Below are positions 62,421-64,000 of a DNA stretch of 64,000 nt, piece by piece. The position numbers and the translations under genes are program-made. Each line of letters opens with the position of its first letter. Position 1 is the stretch's first letter. The notes under the pieces are model-generated. The model was given only the letters and a program-made list of their open reading frames with translations. It made no database searches and was not told where the DNA came from. The DNA comes from Candidatus Obscuribacterales bacterium (GTDB lineage: Bacteria > Cyanobacteriota > Vampirovibrionia > Obscuribacterales > Obscuribacteraceae). The stretch lies in the NCBI GenBank assembly GCA_965228855.1, contig CBDDIJ010000005.1:1536001-1600000 (forward strand), read 5' to 3'.

Positions 62421-62674
62421 CCGTCGACGATTGCGGTTCGCGCAAGATGGTTCTGCAGATGCGCATGACTCTGCGCGTCGGTTTCGGTGAAGAAGATCTC
62501 GATGTCCTCGCGCTTCAAGGTGACGGAGAACTCGACACCTTCGTCACTCACCTGAAAGTACCAGCGCGGCACCTCCTGCACGACGAACTTCTTAATCGCC
62601 CCGGTTCCGGTCTCCTTGACGATGTACAACGAGTCCCGGTGGTTGAGCAGCCGAACCAATTCGTCGATTCTCAC
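62351..62674 (-). CDS. Hypothetical protein (107 aa)
   Basis: AAGGGGAG RBS before GTG 62674 (MRIDELVRLLNHRDSLYIVKE...); C/G-ending codon bias. Confidence 0.65.
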   Translation of the reverse strand: MRIDELVRLLNHRDSLYIVKETGTGAIKKFVVQEVPRWYFQVSDEGVEFSVTLKREDIEIFFTETDAQSHAHLQNHLARTAIVDGLSDGEEAGRGYVRGLCNGAEPG

Positions 62675-62721
62675 GAGCGTCGCTCCCCTTGGCGTTGGCG
62701 CGTTTCGCCATCGCCTGCCAT
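62671..62721 (-). CDS. Candidate 16-aa bridging micro-ORF MAGDGETRQRQGERRS
   Basis: TAATG overlap with the upstream stop and GTGA overlap with the downstream start. Confidence 0.35.
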   Translation of the reverse strand: MAGDGETRQRQGERRS

Positions 62722-62960
62722 TATTTCGAACGTGAAAAACTCTCCGCCGCCAGGCGCCGCGCTTCGGTCTCGTCCGCGTTCGAACCTGAGTCCAGAACGC
62801 AAGACTTGACCAGCTTGCCGCCAGGCATGTAGGCGTTTCGGACCTCGAAGGCAAAACCGGTTGCAACACGCGAGAACCAGAGCTGAAGCTGGTGCGCGTT
62901 GGTTCCGTCAGCCTTGTCGATCAATCCGAAATTGCCGTGAGTTGCTTCGATAGTTGCCAT
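62721..62960 (-). CDS. Hypothetical protein (79 aa)
   Basis: GAGGA RBS, ATG start, codon bias like neighbouring atypical genes. Confidence 0.68.
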   Translation of the reverse strand: MATIEATHGNFGLIDKADGTNAHQLQLWFSRVATGFAFEVRNAYMPGGKLVKSCVLDSGSNADETEARRLAAESFSRSK

Positions 62961-63430
62961 AGAATCATCCTCTTCTCGGTTTGCAAGGTGCCTGGTCCAC
63001 TGGGACCCGCACGAAAAGCCGCGAACGGAACATCCGTAAGCGGTGCTCCAACACGCACGACACAGTCGTAGCGAAAAACTCTAGAGGTGCTTGCTGGAGC
63101 CAATTAAAGGTGGTTGGTTTTCCTGATAGATGATGGAAAAGCGATACCTAACCGTAGTGAAGATCGCGAAGATTAGCAATACAAAACCGTTTCGAAAGAT
63201 AAAATCTGACCGCACCGCCTGAGCGAAGCTGAGAGAACAAGTATCGGCCAATATCTCAATAGAAGTCGGCACACATCGTTTTGCCTGCAGATGCCCATAC
63301 GAAACGCGCAAATCCTTTTAACCAGCAGCTCTCACCCTCTCCGCCAACCGCCCTCCTATCAGCCATAGTACTCCCGCGCTCAAAAACGTTCGAATAGAAT
63401 CCCTACCCAAAAGCCGCCGAGCAGCGAGCA

Positions 63431-63460
63431 GAAACCGTTTCGCAGTTACGCAACGGTTTC
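63431..63460 (-). terminator. Hairpin, probable terminator
   Basis: gaaaccgtt / aacggtttc inverted repeat about 90 nt downstream of the DUF502-like gene. Confidence 0.55.
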
Positions 63461-63549
63461 GAATCTCGCCGCCCGGTCGGCAGTTATTCACAGATTCTCA
63501 GGCGAAGGCGAAGGCGCAGCGCGAGGCGCGCCCTCAGCCTGGGGAACTC

Positions 63550-64000
63550 TTACGACTCACCTGGATTTGAATCGCCCTCGCCGTTGCGACGCCCCAACGA
63601 ATCCGAAGCGCCCGGTGCAGGCAGAGCCCCTTCGGAACCCGTGCCCGGCGCTGGCGGCGCCGCATCGGAAGCAGTTCCCAGCGCCTGCGAAGCAGCATTG
63701 GAACCAGCTCCCAGTGCCTGAGAAGCCACATCGGAACCCGCTCCCGGTGCCTGCGGAGCAGGACCACACTGACCGCCTCCCGGAGACATCGGGTCGAAAG
63801 TGCACATCGCACCACCGTAGCTCGCCGGGCTGGGCACCGGCAGTTTCAGCCGCTCCGGCGCGACGACGCCAAGGGACACATAGTACTGCAACCCTTCCTC
63901 GACGGTCATGGGCAGCTCGATTGCGAGCTCCTCCGGCACCATCACGATGCCCTGAATGCCCGTCGGCGGGTTGGGCACCACGACCTTGAGCATCACCTGT
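63550..64000 (-). CDS. DUF502-like protein C-terminus with 11-aa repeat tail (5' end outside window)
   Basis: VVVPNPPTGIQGIVMVPEELAIELPMTVEEGLQYYVSLGVVAP resembles the DUF502 C-terminal motif; 33-nt repeats encode ASQALGAGSNA-type units. Confidence 0.65.
   Translation of the reverse strand, partial: QVMLKVVVPNPPTGIQGIVMVPEELAIELPMTVEEGLQYYVSLGVVAPERLKLPVPSPASYGGAMCTFDPMSPGGGQCGPAPQAPGAGSDVASQALGAGSNAASQALGTASDAAPPAPGTGSEGALPAPGASDSLGRRNGEGDSNPGES

Noticed and set aside
62675..62869. N-terminal extension of track ORF 62351..62869
   Set aside because: Overlaps the 79-aa gene out of frame; the RBS supports a GTG start at 62674.
63450..63480. tRNA T-loop-like TTCGAATC
   Set aside because: Overlaps a terminator-like hairpin; no T-stem or acceptor stem.
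55973..64000. Prophage or integron interpretation of the codon-atypical units
   Set aside because: No phage structural, integrase or intI genes, no attC-like RYYYAAC/GTTRRRY pairs recognised, mixed orientations, and host anmK lies in the middle.

Overview
Chromosomal bacterial DNA, probably from a non-photosynthetic cyanobacterial relative such as Melainabacteria/Vampirovibrionia. This is inferred from a cyanobacterial-type GuaA segment ([29 protein letters not shown]), Uma2, a stand-alone MshEN-repeat protein and Ser/Thr kinase-TPR proteins. 1-30 kb is a surface-glycosylation-rich region: many polytopic GT-C-like membrane proteins including three clear paralogues, three GT2s, a radical SAM enzyme and an FAD oxidoreductase. 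It also holds an HTTM/SdpAB-like pair next to a Gly/Asn/Tyr-rich secreted protein and an orphan emfourin-like protein. 30-55 kb carries signalling and housekeeping genes: two Ser/Thr kinases, Lhr, an M48 protease, a DAACS symporter, patatin, guaA and a dual-specificity phosphatase. 55.5-64 kb has several short transcription units with strongly C/G-ending codons on both sides of anmK. Three of them end in a hairpin followed 14-15 nt later by TACTATA, and two have boxA-like motifs in long leaders; this is my best candidate for an undescribed system. Other notable signals are a structured intergenic element hiding a 23-aa ORF (45.65-45.84 kb), a 16-codon bridging micro-ORF, a 125-nt near-perfect duplication and many short tandem arrays. 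No tRNA, rRNA, cas gene, integrase or transposase was recognised. All family calls come from reading motifs, not from database searches.
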